DNA of 13,971 nt, taken from IMG/VR virus record IMGVR_UViG_2693429728_000012, positions 1 through 13,971 of that record; one strand, 5' to 3'. The notes beneath the pieces are model-generated. The model had not been told where the DNA came from and did no database searches. It saw nothing but the letters and a program-made list of their open reading frames with translations. Shown here in pieces: positions 1 through 7,934 of the stretch. The DNA is from a virus. Lineage: Duplodnaviria; Heunggongvirae; Uroviricota; Caudoviricetes. The position numbers were made by a program, and so were the translations under genes. The first letter of the stretch is position 1. Every line of letters starts with the position of its first letter.

Positions 1-699
<699 letters not shown>

Positions 700-1263
700 T
701 TAAGCCTCACTGATTACGGTATGAACCTTAGCTATAGGTTTTATATCACTAATATCACATTCAAATGAAAAACCATCCCCAGATACCATTGCTCTTTTGA
801 CTGGTATCAAATTGATTTTTTTAATACTCAGTTTTCCTTCTATATCCACCAACCATTGACCATCAGAAATGGTAGTGTCTTCTCGGTCACAAATGTAAAC
901 ATGTTGGTTAATTTTTATCGCTAATGCAGATTTTATTTCATTGAGAAGAAAGACTGGATCAATCTTGTGCGTTCCAAGTGCAATAGCCTCTCCATTTTTT
1001 AGTTCGCGAGTTTCAACGTCTACCAAAGAGTTGACTGCTGTGGTTTTTAACTCACCTTTCCCTGATACCAGCCAATCAATTGAAGTACCAGTTTCTACAA
1101 CGCATTGAAGTACCCAATCTGCTGGAAAAATGTCACGCATGTAGCGGGTTGCCATTGTGCTCTTTGAAACCCCTAAGTGGTCGCAAAGGGCCTGACGAGT
1201 GGTGAAACCATACGCCTCAACCAAACGTTCAATCACTTTCTTTCCGCCGCTATTGAAATTCAA
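700..1263 (-). CDS. cI: Phage 186-type CI immunity repressor (HTH N-domain plus C-terminal oligomerisation domain)
   Basis: ORF 700..1350; HTH-like segment ERLVEAYGFTTRQALCDHLGVSKSTMATRY followed by WLVSGKGE and a C-terminal SDGQWLVDIEG block recalled as 186 CI-like. Start uncertain: TTG at 1263 has a GGAGGA Shine-Dalgarno; alternatives are GTG 1236 and GTG 1350 (no SD). Stop TAA at 700-702. Confidence 0.75.
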   Translation of the reverse strand: MNFNSGGKKVIERLVEAYGFTTRQALCDHLGVSKSTMATRYMRDIFPADWVLQCVVETGTSIDWLVSGKGELKTTAVNSLVDVETRELKNGEAIALGTHKIDPVFLLNEIKSALAIKINQHVYICDREDTTISDGQWLVDIEGKLSIKKINLIPVKRAMVSGDGFSFECDISDIKPIAKVHTVISEA

Positions 1264-1290
1264 GAGTCCTCCAAAACAATCTAAATTGCA

Positions 1291-1319
1291 TTGACAGATT
1301 CCAAAAGCGATCTTAAAGT
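1291..1319 (+). promoter_or_regulatory. Candidate rightward lytic promoter (pR-like) for apl-cII-early operon
   Basis: TTGACA (1291-1296), 17-bp spacer, TAAAGT (1314-1319), about 90 bp upstream of the apl start. Its position is compatible with the face-to-face pR/pL arrangement known for 186. Confidence 0.35.
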
Positions 1320-1409
1320 TGACCTCGAAGTCTTCTTTTGGAGCCTTCACAACTAATCACGATAAACAACGGCTCGCCACAAGCCGAATTAAAGAAGGAA
1401 TGTTGCACC

Positions 1410-1631
1410 ATGAACCCAAACATTTCAATCACTCTGAACACACCACACGTCACAATTGAGCGTTATAGCGAACTTACTGGTCTTTCTATCGACACAATCA
1501 ACGATATGCTGGCTGATGGCCGCATCCCTCGGCATCGTCTCCGGAAGGACAAAAAAAGAGAAAAGGTAATGATCAACCTTGCTGCTCTTACCGTTGATGC
1601 ACTTACTGATTGCAATGTTGTATTCAACTAG
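1410..1631 (+). CDS. apl: Apl/Cox-like small DNA-binding protein (excisionase / lytic-switch repressor)
   Basis: 73-aa ORF starting at ATG 1410 with AAGGAA Shine-Dalgarno 9 nt upstream; divergent from cI; basic, small, first gene of the rightward operon as in 186 (apl) and P2 (cox). Confidence 0.7.
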   Translation: MNPNISITLNTPHVTIERYSELTGLSIDTINDMLADGRIPRHRLRKDKKREKVMINLAALTVDALTDCNVVFN

Positions 1632-1663
1632 TTCCATTTTGGGATATATCAGGGGTGTCGACT

Positions 1664-2173
1664 ATGTTTGATTACCAAGTTTCCAAACATCCACATTTTG
1701 ATGAAGCCTGTCGTGCATTCGCGTTGCGCCACAACCTGGTGCAACTGGCAGAACGTGCAGGCATGAATGTGCAGATTCTGCGGAACAAGCTGAACCCAGC
1801 TCAACCTCATTTATTAACCGCACCAGACATCTGGCTGCTTACCGATCTGACTGAGGATTCAACGCTGGTAGATGGTTTTCTGGCACAGATTCATTGTCTG
1901 CCATGTGTACCAATTAATGAGGTGGCAAAAGAGAAACTGCCACATTACGTCATGAGTGCAACCGCAGAGATCGGGCGTGTTGCTGCAGGTGCGGTTTCTG
2001 GCGATGTAAAAACCAGTGCAGGCCGTCGTGATGCGATCAGCAGCATTAACTCTGTTACACGACTGATGGCGCTGGCTGCTGTTTCATTGCAGGCCCGTTT
2101 ACAGGCTAATCCTGCGATGGCGAGTGCGGTTGATACCGTGACTGGCCTCGGTGCTTCATTCGGTTTGCTGTGA
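1664..2173 (+). CDS. cII: CII-like lysogeny-establishment transcriptional activator (186 CII family)
   Basis: 169-aa ORF from ATG 1664 (AGGGGTG Shine-Dalgarno at 1651-1657), the same length as 186 CII; N-terminus [19 protein letters not shown] and position immediately after apl. Confidence 0.75.
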   Translation: MFDYQVSKHPHFDEACRAFALRHNLVQLAERAGMNVQILRNKLNPAQPHLLTAPDIWLLTDLTEDSTLVDGFLAQIHCLPCVPINEVAKEKLPHYVMSATAEIGRVAAGAVSGDVKTSAGRRDAISSINSVTRLMALAAVSLQARLQANPAMASAVDTVTGLGASFGLL

Positions 2174-2180
2174 GGTGCTT

Positions 2181-2477
2181 ATGCTTACGAAAGAACCATC
2201 ATTTGCATCGCTGCTGGTAAAGCAAAGCCCGGCAATGCACTACGGTCACGGCTGGATCATGGGTGAGGATGGTAAACGCTGGCATCCGTGCCGTTCACAA
2301 GATGAATTGCTGTCTGAATTGACCACGAGAAAATGGAGAAAGTCCAAATGTATGCGGCAGAAAGTGAAGTGGTTTATCAGTTTCGTTACAGAGGGGAGAG
2401 TTATTCAGTACCTGAAGATGATTTGCTCTGTTGCTATCCGTCGTTGTCGGGCGATGGTAGCTACTTTTTCACGCTAA
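2181..2477 (+). CDS. Hypothetical early protein (position of 186 fil/dhr-type small genes); 3' end uncertain
   Basis: ATG 2181 with GAGGTG Shine-Dalgarno directly after the cII stop. N-terminal half (…HGWIMGEDGKRWHPCRSQDEL) looks protein-like; the C-terminal part overlaps the next ORF in another frame and looks less so. Confidence 0.4.
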   Translation: MLTKEPSFASLLVKQSPAMHYGHGWIMGEDGKRWHPCRSQDELLSELTTRKWRKSKCMRQKVKWFISFVTEGRVIQYLKMICSVAIRRCRAMVATFSR

Positions 2478-2572
2478 AGGATGGAACCTTTATACGTGGT
2501 GAAAAAGTACAAGAAGTGATGCGTATAAAGACATCACCTCTTGAACGTTATCGGCGAAGTATTTATCGGTAA
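2348..2572 (+). CDS. Hypothetical small early protein
   Basis: ORF 2333..2572; ATG 2348 has GGAG 9 nt upstream. Translation MYAAESEVVYQFRYRGESYSVPEDDLLCCYPSLSGDGSYFFTLKDGTFIRGEKVQEVMRIKTSPLERYRRSIYR is compositionally protein-like. Confidence 0.45.
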   Translation: MYAAESEVVYQFRYRGESYSVPEDDLLCCYPSLSGDGSYFFTLKDGTFIRGEKVQEVMRIKTSPLERYRRSIYR

Positions 2573-2811
2573 CGATCTATCAGTGTCTGTATCAGATGAG
2601 TGAATTCTTGTTGTTTAACCGAACCTAAAGGAAGTTTGTTTAATTCTTCGCGGAGGAGCTCAAAAAATGCAGATTGATTTGCTGAGTCAGTTCGAAATAA
2701 GGAGTGGATCAGACCTGAAACAAGAATTCGTTGAACAGCAACCTCATCGCGAAGACTGGAGATCTCGTTTTCAAGTTGCTCTATACGCTCTCTTTCAACC
2801 GGGTTCAACAT
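2563..2811 (-). CDS. Hypothetical 82-aa helical protein encoded antisense to the early operon
   Basis: ATG at 2811 with AAGGA Shine-Dalgarno 7 nt upstream; translation MLNPVERERIEQLENEISSLRDEVAVQRIL… is clean and heptad-like. The competing plus-strand ORF 2667..2903 also has an SD (GAGGAG), so only one is likely real. Confidence 0.35.
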   Translation of the reverse strand: MLNPVERERIEQLENEISSLRDEVAVQRILVSGLIHSLFRTDSANQSAFFELLREELNKLPLGSVKQQEFTHLIQTLIDRYR

Positions 2812-2892
2812 TGATGATTCCTTCTAGCTATCAATATGTTGGTAATGGATCATATCAAAAATTTTTTAGTAGATGTGTTGTGGGATGCATAA

Positions 2893-3234
2893 ATGGCTAT
2901 TGAAGGCACTGCGGCGACTGTTCCATTAAGCCCCGGTGAACGCCTGAATGGACTTAATCACATTGCGGAGTTAAGGGCGAAAGTTTTTGGCCTGAATATT
3001 GAGTCAGAGCTTGAGCGGTTTATTAAAGATATGCGTGATTCACGGGATATTAATAGCGAACAAAATAAACGGGCACTGGCTGCCATATTCTTTATGGCAA
3101 AAATTCCAGCTGAACGTCATAGCATCAGCATTAATGAGCTGACCACTGACGAAAAGCGGGAGTTGATTAAAGCAATGAATCATTTTCGTGCAGTGGTGAG
3201 CTTATTTCCCAGACGGCTAACCATGCCGAATTAA
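2893..3234 (+). CDS. Hypothetical early-operon protein
   Basis: 113-aa ORF with a protein-like sequence throughout (…AELRAKVFGLNIESELERFIKDMRDSRD…); same orientation as the operon. Confidence 0.55.
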   Translation: MAIEGTAATVPLSPGERLNGLNHIAELRAKVFGLNIESELERFIKDMRDSRDINSEQNKRALAAIFFMAKIPAERHSISINELTTDEKRELIKAMNHFRAVVSLFPRRLTMPN

Positions 3235-3301
3235 CCAACTAATGAAATTAATGGCGTAAACCCGCCGGGCATCCCTTTATCTAAATTCAGGAGAATTGAT
3301 T

Positions 3302-3535
3302 ATGCGTAATATTGAAACCCTCTCGACCAAAACCGGACCGGATGACGCAGGGCTTAATATTTTACTGACAGAGGCTCGTCTGGAAGAACGCCGGGCAAGG
3401 GCTGAAGCAATGGCAGCTCGCCTTGATAGCCTGGCGTGTCATATCACATCCCGCCAGCTAACCCACGTCGAAGCGGCAGAACTGCTTCGTGTGACTGCTG
3501 AAGCAATCCAGAACGAAGCGCAGGAGATCCACTAA
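3302..3535 (+). CDS. Hypothetical small early protein
   Basis: ATG 3302 with CAGGAGA Shine-Dalgarno 7 nt upstream (the ORF track starts at TTG 3296); stop TAA overlaps the next ATG (TAATG). Confidence 0.6.
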   Translation: MRNIETLSTKTGPDDAGLNILLTEARLEERRARAEAMAARLDSLACHITSRQLTHVEAAELLRVTAEAIQNEAQEIH

Positions 3536-3762
3536 TGGCTGATGCAATGGATCTCGTACAGCAGCGCGTTGAAGAAGAACGCCAACGCCATATCCGTGCT
3601 GCCCGTGCCAAAACGCCGGGCGTGTCCCGCGTGCTTTGCATTGAGTGTGAAGCGCCAATTCCGCCAGCACGCCGCCGTGCCATTCCGGGTGTGCAGCTTT
3701 GCATTACCTGTCAGGAAATCGCAGAGCTGAAAGGCAAACATTACAACGGAGGTGCTGTATGA
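3535..3762 (+). CDS. TraR/DksA-family C4 zinc-finger protein
   Basis: 75 aa with CIECEAPIPP…CITCQ (CxxC-N17-CxxC), a typical phage TraR-like zinc finger; AGGAGA Shine-Dalgarno; translationally coupled on both sides. Confidence 0.8.
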   Translation: MADAMDLVQQRVEEERQRHIRAARAKTPGVSRVLCIECEAPIPPARRRAIPGVQLCITCQEIAELKGKHYNGGAV

Positions 3763-4616
3763 GCACCATCCTGAAATGGGCGGGAAATAAAACTGCCATA
3801 ATGTCCGAACTGAAAAAACATCTTCCTGCTGGCCCGCGACTGGTTGAACCTTTCGCGGGTTCCTGTGCTGTGATGATGGAGACGGATTATCCCAGCTATC
3901 TGGTTGCGGATATTAATCCTGATTTAATCAACCTCTATAAAAAGGTTGCCGCTGATTGTGAATCGTTTATATCTCGCGCCAGAGTTTTATTTGAGATCGC
4001 AAACAGGGAGGTGGCTTATTACAACATAAGGCAGGAGTTTAATTACTCAACTGAAATTACTGATTTCATGAAAGCGGTATATTTCCTGTATCTCAATCGT
4101 CACGGTTACCGTGGTTTATGTCGCTATAACAAGAGCGGGCATTTCAACATTCCCTACGGTAATTATAAAAATCCGTATTTCCCTGAAAAAGAAATTCGCG
4201 CATTTGCAGAAAAGGCCCAGCGAGCAACGTTTATCTGCGCCAGCTTTGATGAAACGCTGGCGATGTTGAAGGCGGGGGATGTGGTGTATTGCGATCCGCC
4301 GTATGACGGTACGTTTTCCGGCTATCACACTGACGGCTTCACTGAAGATGACCAGTATCACCTGGCATCTGTTCTTGAACATCGGTCATCAGAAGGACAT
4401 CCGGTCATTGTTTCTAACAGTGACACATCCCTGATCCGTTCGCTGTATCGCAATTTTACTCACCACTACATCAAGGCAAAACGCAGCATCGGTGTGGCAG
4501 CTGGCGAGGGTAAATCAGCAACAGAAATCATTGCTGTTTCCGGGCCGCGCTGCTGGGTGGGATTTGATTATTCGCGTGGCGTGGATAGTTCTGCCGTGTA
4601 CGGAGTACGTGCATGA
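3759..4616 (+). CDS. dam: DNA adenine methyltransferase (Dam-like, N6-adenine, orphan)
   Basis: ATG 3759 (ATGA overlap with the upstream stop, GGAGG Shine-Dalgarno). AdoMet motif EPFAGSCAV near the N-terminus and catalytic DPPY (YCDPPYDG); N-terminus [11 protein letters not shown] is typical of Dam-family enzymes. Confidence 0.85.
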   Translation: MSTILKWAGNKTAIMSELKKHLPAGPRLVEPFAGSCAVMMETDYPSYLVADINPDLINLYKKVAADCESFISRARVLFEIANREVAYYNIRQEFNYSTEITDFMKAVYFLYLNRHGYRGLCRYNKSGHFNIPYGNYKNPYFPEKEIRAFAEKAQRATFICASFDETLAMLKAGDVVYCDPPYDGTFSGYHTDGFTEDDQYHLASVLEHRSSEGHPVIVSNSDTSLIRSLYRNFTHHYIKAKRSIGVAAGEGKSATEIIAVSGPRCWVGFDYSRGVDSSAVYGVRA

Positions 4617-7027
4617 GTCATGCCGATATGAACAACTGCTGCAGCTTTAACGAAGCTGCCGCATCGTTCTCATGGAACAGCCCGAAAAAGGCCATTAACC
4701 CTTATCTGGACCCGGCGGAAGTTGCGCCGGTTTCTGCGCTTTCAAACCTGATCACTCTGTACGCTACTGATAACGAGCAGGAACAACTGCGCCGCGAGGC
4801 ACTGAGTGATCAGGTCTGGGAGCGTTATTTCTTTAATGAATCCCGTGATCCTGTCCAACGCGAAATGGAGCAGGATAAGCTCATTAGCCGGGCAAAGATG
4901 GCGCATGAGCAGCAGCGTTTTAATCCAGACATGGTCATTCTGACTGACGTCAACGCCCAGCCTTCCCATATCAGCAAGCCGCTGATGCAACGTATTGAAT
5001 ATTTCAGCAGCCTGGGCAGGCCAAAGGCTTATTCCCGCTATTTGCGTGAGACGATTAAGCCATGTCTGGAACGACTGGAGCATGTACGCGACAGCCAGCT
5101 ATCTGCATCTTTTCGTTTTATGGCAAGCCATGAAGGGCTGGACGGTCTGATGATCCTGCCTGAAATGAGTCAGGATCAGGTGAAACGCCTGTCTACCCTT
5201 GTCGCTGCGCATATGAGCATGTGTCTTGATGCCGCTTGTGGTGATTTGTACGCCTCCGATGATGTTAAGCCAGAAGAAATCCGCAAGACATGGGAAAAGG
5301 TGGCTGCAGAAACCCTGCGACTGGATGTCATACCGCCAGCGTTTGAGCAACTCCGCCGGAAAAGAAACCGCCGCAAACCTGTGCCTTATGAACTCATTCC
5401 GGGTTCGCTGGCGCGTATGCTGTGCGCCGACTGGTGGTATCGGAAATTATGGAAGATGCGTTGCGAATGGCGGGAAGAGCAGTTGCGTGCTGTCAGCCTG
5501 GTCAGCAAAAAAGCATCTCCCTATGTCAGCTATGAAGCCGTGATGCATAAACGTGAGCAGCGCCGTAAGTCGCTGGAGTTTTTCCGTTCTCATGAACTGG
5601 TGAACGAAGACGGCGACACGCTGAACATGGAGGATGTGGTAAACGCCAGCAGCAGCAACCCGGCGCATCGCCGCAACGAGATGATGGCCTGTGTTAAAGG
5701 CCTGGAGCTTATCGCGGAAATGCGTGGTGACTGCGCCGTTTTCTACACCATCACCTGTCCGTCACGTTTCCATTCCACGCTAAATAACGGCAGGCCAAAC
5801 CCGACCTGGACCAACGCGACAGTAAGACAAAGCAGCGATTATCTGGTCGGCATGTTTGCTGCATTTCGTAAGGCTATGCACAAAGCCGGGTTGCGCTGGT
5901 ATGGCGTGCGGGTGGCTGAGCCGCATCATGACGGCACAGTTCACTGGCACCTGTTGTGTTTCATGCGCAAAAAAGACCGCCGCGCCATTACTGCATTGTT
6001 GCGTAAGTTTGCCATCCGTGAAGACCGCGAGGAGCTGGGCAATAACACGGGGCCACGCTTTAAGTCTGAGCTGATAAACCCGCGCAAAGGAACGCCGACA
6101 AGCTACATTGCGAAATATATCAGTAAGAATATTGACGGGCGTGGTCTGGCTGGCGAGATCAGTAAGGAAACAGGTAAATCCCTGCGTGATAACGCTGAAT
6201 ACGTTAATGCCTGGGCGTCTCTGCATCGTGTTCAGCAATTCCGCTTCTTTGGCATTCCGGGGCGTCAGGCTTACCGTGAACTGCGATTGCTGGCTGGTCA
6301 GGCGGCAAGGCAACAGGGTGACAAAAAAGCAGGTGCGCCGGTACTGGATAACCCGCGCCTTGATGCCATCCTGGCTGCTGCTGATGCTGGTTGTTTTGCC
6401 TCCTACATCATGAAGCAGGGCGGCGTACTGGTTCCCCGCAAATATCACCTCATCAGAACCGCTTATGAAATCAACGAAGAGCCGACCGCCTATGGCGATC
6501 ACGGTATTCGTATTTATGGCATCTGGTCACCCATTGCAGAGGGCAAGATCTGCACTCATGCAGTGAAGTGGAAAATGGTTCGTAAGGCCGTTGACGTTCA
6601 GGAGGCGGCAGCCGACCAGGGCGCTTGCGCCCCTTGGACTCGTGGCAATAACTGTCCCCTTGCTGAAAATTTGTACCAACAAGGGAAAGACAAATCAGCT
6701 GATGGAGATACCAGAACGGATATCACCCGTATGGATGACAAGGAGTTGCACGATTACCTGCACAGTATGAGCAAAAAAGAGCGCCGGGAACTGGCAGCAA
6801 GATTACGCCTGGTTAAACCGAAACGACGTAAAGACTACAAACAGCGAATTACAGAGTATCAGCGTCAGCAGCTCGTCTATGAACTGAAGTCCAGAGGATT
6901 TGATGGCAGCGAGAAAGAAGTCGATTTGCTCCTTCGCGGTGGCAGTATTCCATCAGGAGCAGGCCTGCGTATCTTCTATCGGAACCAGCGTCTGAAGGAA
7001 GATGATAAGTGGCGGAACCTGTATTAA
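4613..7027 (+). CDS. A: Replication initiator endonuclease A (P2 gpA-type HUH rolling-circle nickase)
   Basis: 804-aa ORF, ATG overlapping the dam stop (ATGA). HUH motif HWHLLCF ([11 protein letters not shown]) and tyrosine motif YIAKYISK; size and position match P2/186 gene A. Confidence 0.9.
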   Translation: MSHADMNNCCSFNEAAASFSWNSPKKAINPYLDPAEVAPVSALSNLITLYATDNEQEQLRREALSDQVWERYFFNESRDPVQREMEQDKLISRAKMAHEQQRFNPDMVILTDVNAQPSHISKPLMQRIEYFSSLGRPKAYSRYLRETIKPCLERLEHVRDSQLSASFRFMASHEGLDGLMILPEMSQDQVKRLSTLVAAHMSMCLDAACGDLYASDDVKPEEIRKTWEKVAAETLRLDVIPPAFEQLRRKRNRRKPVPYELIPGSLARMLCADWWYRKLWKMRCEWREEQLRAVSLVSKKASPYVSYEAVMHKREQRRKSLEFFRSHELVNEDGDTLNMEDVVNASSSNPAHRRNEMMACVKGLELIAEMRGDCAVFYTITCPSRFHSTLNNGRPNPTWTNATVRQSSDYLVGMFAAFRKAMHKAGLRWYGVRVAEPHHDGTVHWHLLCFMRKKDRRAITALLRKFAIREDREELGNNTGPRFKSELINPRKGTPTSYIAKYISKNIDGRGLAGEISKETGKSLRDNAEYVNAWASLHRVQQFRFFGIPGRQAYRELRLLAGQAARQQGDKKAGAPVLDNPRLDAILAAADAGCFASYIMKQGGVLVPRKYHLIRTAYEINEEPTAYGDHGIRIYGIWSPIAEGKICTHAVKWKMVRKAVDVQEAAADQGACAPWTRGNNCPLAENLYQQGKDKSADGDTRTDITRMDDKELHDYLHSMSKKERRELAARLRLVKPKRRKDYKQRITEYQRQQLVYELKSRGFDGSEKEVDLLLRGGSIPSGAGLRIFYRNQRLKEDDKWRNLY
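6627..6648 (+). other. Candidate rolling-circle origin (nick site) inside the A coding sequence
   Basis: gcgccccttggactcgtggcaa resembles my recollection of the P2 ori nick region (GCGCC..GGAGTC..TG.CAA), which lies in the 3' part of gene A; here it is about 84% into A. Recalled, not verified. Confidence 0.3.
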
Positions 7028-7121
7028 TTACGCGGGTTAACAATTCGTGCTCTTAATAATACCAGGCATATCAGGCTGATGAACGTAAAAAAACGTTTTA
7101 CATCAGTAAGATTATTATATA

Positions 7122-7137
7122 CTGTAAATATAAACAG
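7122..7137 (+). promoter_or_regulatory. LexA operator (SOS box) overlapping the promoter of the downstream small-ORF/dinI-like pair
   Basis: aCTGTAAATATAAACAGtg is a full CTGT-N8-ACAG match to the LexA consensus. It overlaps -10-like hexamers (TATACT 7118-7123, TATAAA 7129-7134), about 45 bp upstream of ATG 7181. Confidence 0.7.
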
Positions 7138-7180
7138 TGGTTATGTATACAGTATTGCTTGTGGTGTCATAGGAGGAAAG

Positions 7181-7369
7181 ATGCAGGACTATTTTTTGGA
7201 GTCTTTGAAGCTCCAGCGCATTGATTTTTTTCTTAAGCTTGTAGCGGCTAGTGAGTGTAGTGATGAAGAGAAGGGGCTGGCTCTGCAGTGGGTTTCTGAA
7301 CTGACAGATGAACTCATGGCAAAAATCAGAACCCACGAATACAACCGCTCAATGGATGTCATCAGCTGA
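7181..7369 (+). CDS. SOS-regulated small protein (possible N-terminal part or partner of a Tum-like antirepressor)
   Basis: 62-aa ORF from ATG 7181 with a strong AGGAGGAAAG Shine-Dalgarno. The ORF-track start at 7079 runs through the promoter and LexA box, so the internal start is preferred. Confidence 0.5.
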   Translation: MQDYFLESLKLQRIDFFLKLVAASECSDEEKGLALQWVSELTDELMAKIRTHEYNRSMDVIS

Positions 7370-7379
7370 GGTGACTTTT

Positions 7380-7613
7380 ATGCGCATTGAAATAATGATC
7401 GATAAAGAGCAGAAGATTAGCCAGTCTACCCTGGACGCCCTTGAATTCGAGCTTTACCGCAATCTGCGCCCCCTATATCCAAAAACGGTAATTCGTATCC
7501 GCAAAGGTAGCTCTAACGGTGTGGAACTTACCGGATTGCAACTGGACGAAGAAAGAAAACAAGTGATGAAAATTATGCAGAAAGTGTGGGAAGACGACAG
7601 CTGGCTGCATTAA
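7380..7613 (+). CDS. DinI-like protein (DinI/Tum C-domain family)
   Basis: ATG 7380 with GAGGTG Shine-Dalgarno. MRIEIMIDKEQKISQSTLDALEFELYRNLRPLYP…KVWEDDSWLH follows the E. coli DinI pattern (MRIEVTIAK…AGAIDALAGEL…ETWESADDW), recalled from memory. Confidence 0.75.
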   Translation: MRIEIMIDKEQKISQSTLDALEFELYRNLRPLYPKTVIRIRKGSSNGVELTGLQLDEERKQVMKIMQKVWEDDSWLH

Positions 7614-7621
7614 GAAACGTT

Positions 7622-7660
7622 GCCCCCAAGAGGATTCATTCGAATGGGGGCTAGTTTGGG
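7622..7660 (+). terminator. Possible terminator after the dinI-like gene
   Basis: GCCCCCA…(palindrome CATTCGAATG)…TGGGGGC followed by TAGTTTGGG; the stem is GC-rich but the loop is large and the T-tract weak. Confidence 0.3.
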
Positions 7661-7798
7661 CAATGAGTGAAATAAGGCGTAAGGTGGGTGGTCATTTTGA
7701 TAAATGATCGTCCGCTTTGTGCCAGAAGCGAACGTTTCTTCTGCTATCTTTCGTCAATTAACGAATGGCAGACTAATTTGCAACGGATAATCTGAATT

Positions 7799-7825
7799 TT
7801 GTAAGATTATGGGTATTCCTATAAT
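7799..7825 (+). promoter_or_regulatory. Candidate sigma70 promoter for the KAP NTPase gene
   Basis: TTGTAA (7799-7804), 15-bp spacer, TATAAT (7820-7825), in an AT-rich intergenic region upstream of ATG 7935; spacer is shorter than optimal. Confidence 0.25.
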
Positions 7826-7934
7826 ATTTACCAATAATAACCTTACAATGTACACTACCTATTGAATTTTCCATAGTTGGCCTTTGGCTCTACTTACCAT
7901 CTATGTTTATGTATTTTATCAAAATGGACTAAAA

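Noticed and set aside
1425-1637. Minus-strand 70-aa ORF overlapping apl
   Set aside because: Antisense to the well-supported apl gene, with no start context; likely a chance ORF.
2667-2903. Plus-strand 78-aa ORF filling the gap in the early operon
   Set aside because: Not fully rejected: it has an SD and fits operon polarity, but its C-terminal sequence looks non-protein-like and it is mutually exclusive with the cleaner minus-strand ORF 2563-2811. Kept as the alternative hypothesis.
3444-3741. Several minus- and plus-strand ORFs (62-86 aa) overlapping the TraR-like gene region
   Set aside because: Arg/Ala/Cys-rich translations typical of off-frame reads of GC-rich coding sequence; they overlap the motif-supported TraR-like and dam genes.
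4742-6502. Multiple internal and antisense ORFs inside gene A, including a 240-aa minus-strand ORF
   Set aside because: All lie within the 804-aa A ORF, which carries HUH and tyrosine motifs; the alternatives show no motifs and are compositionally odd.
7079-7180. 5' extension of the small ORF to the track start at 7079
   Set aside because: The extension would translate through the promoter and LexA box; the internal ATG 7181 has a strong AGGAGG Shine-Dalgarno.
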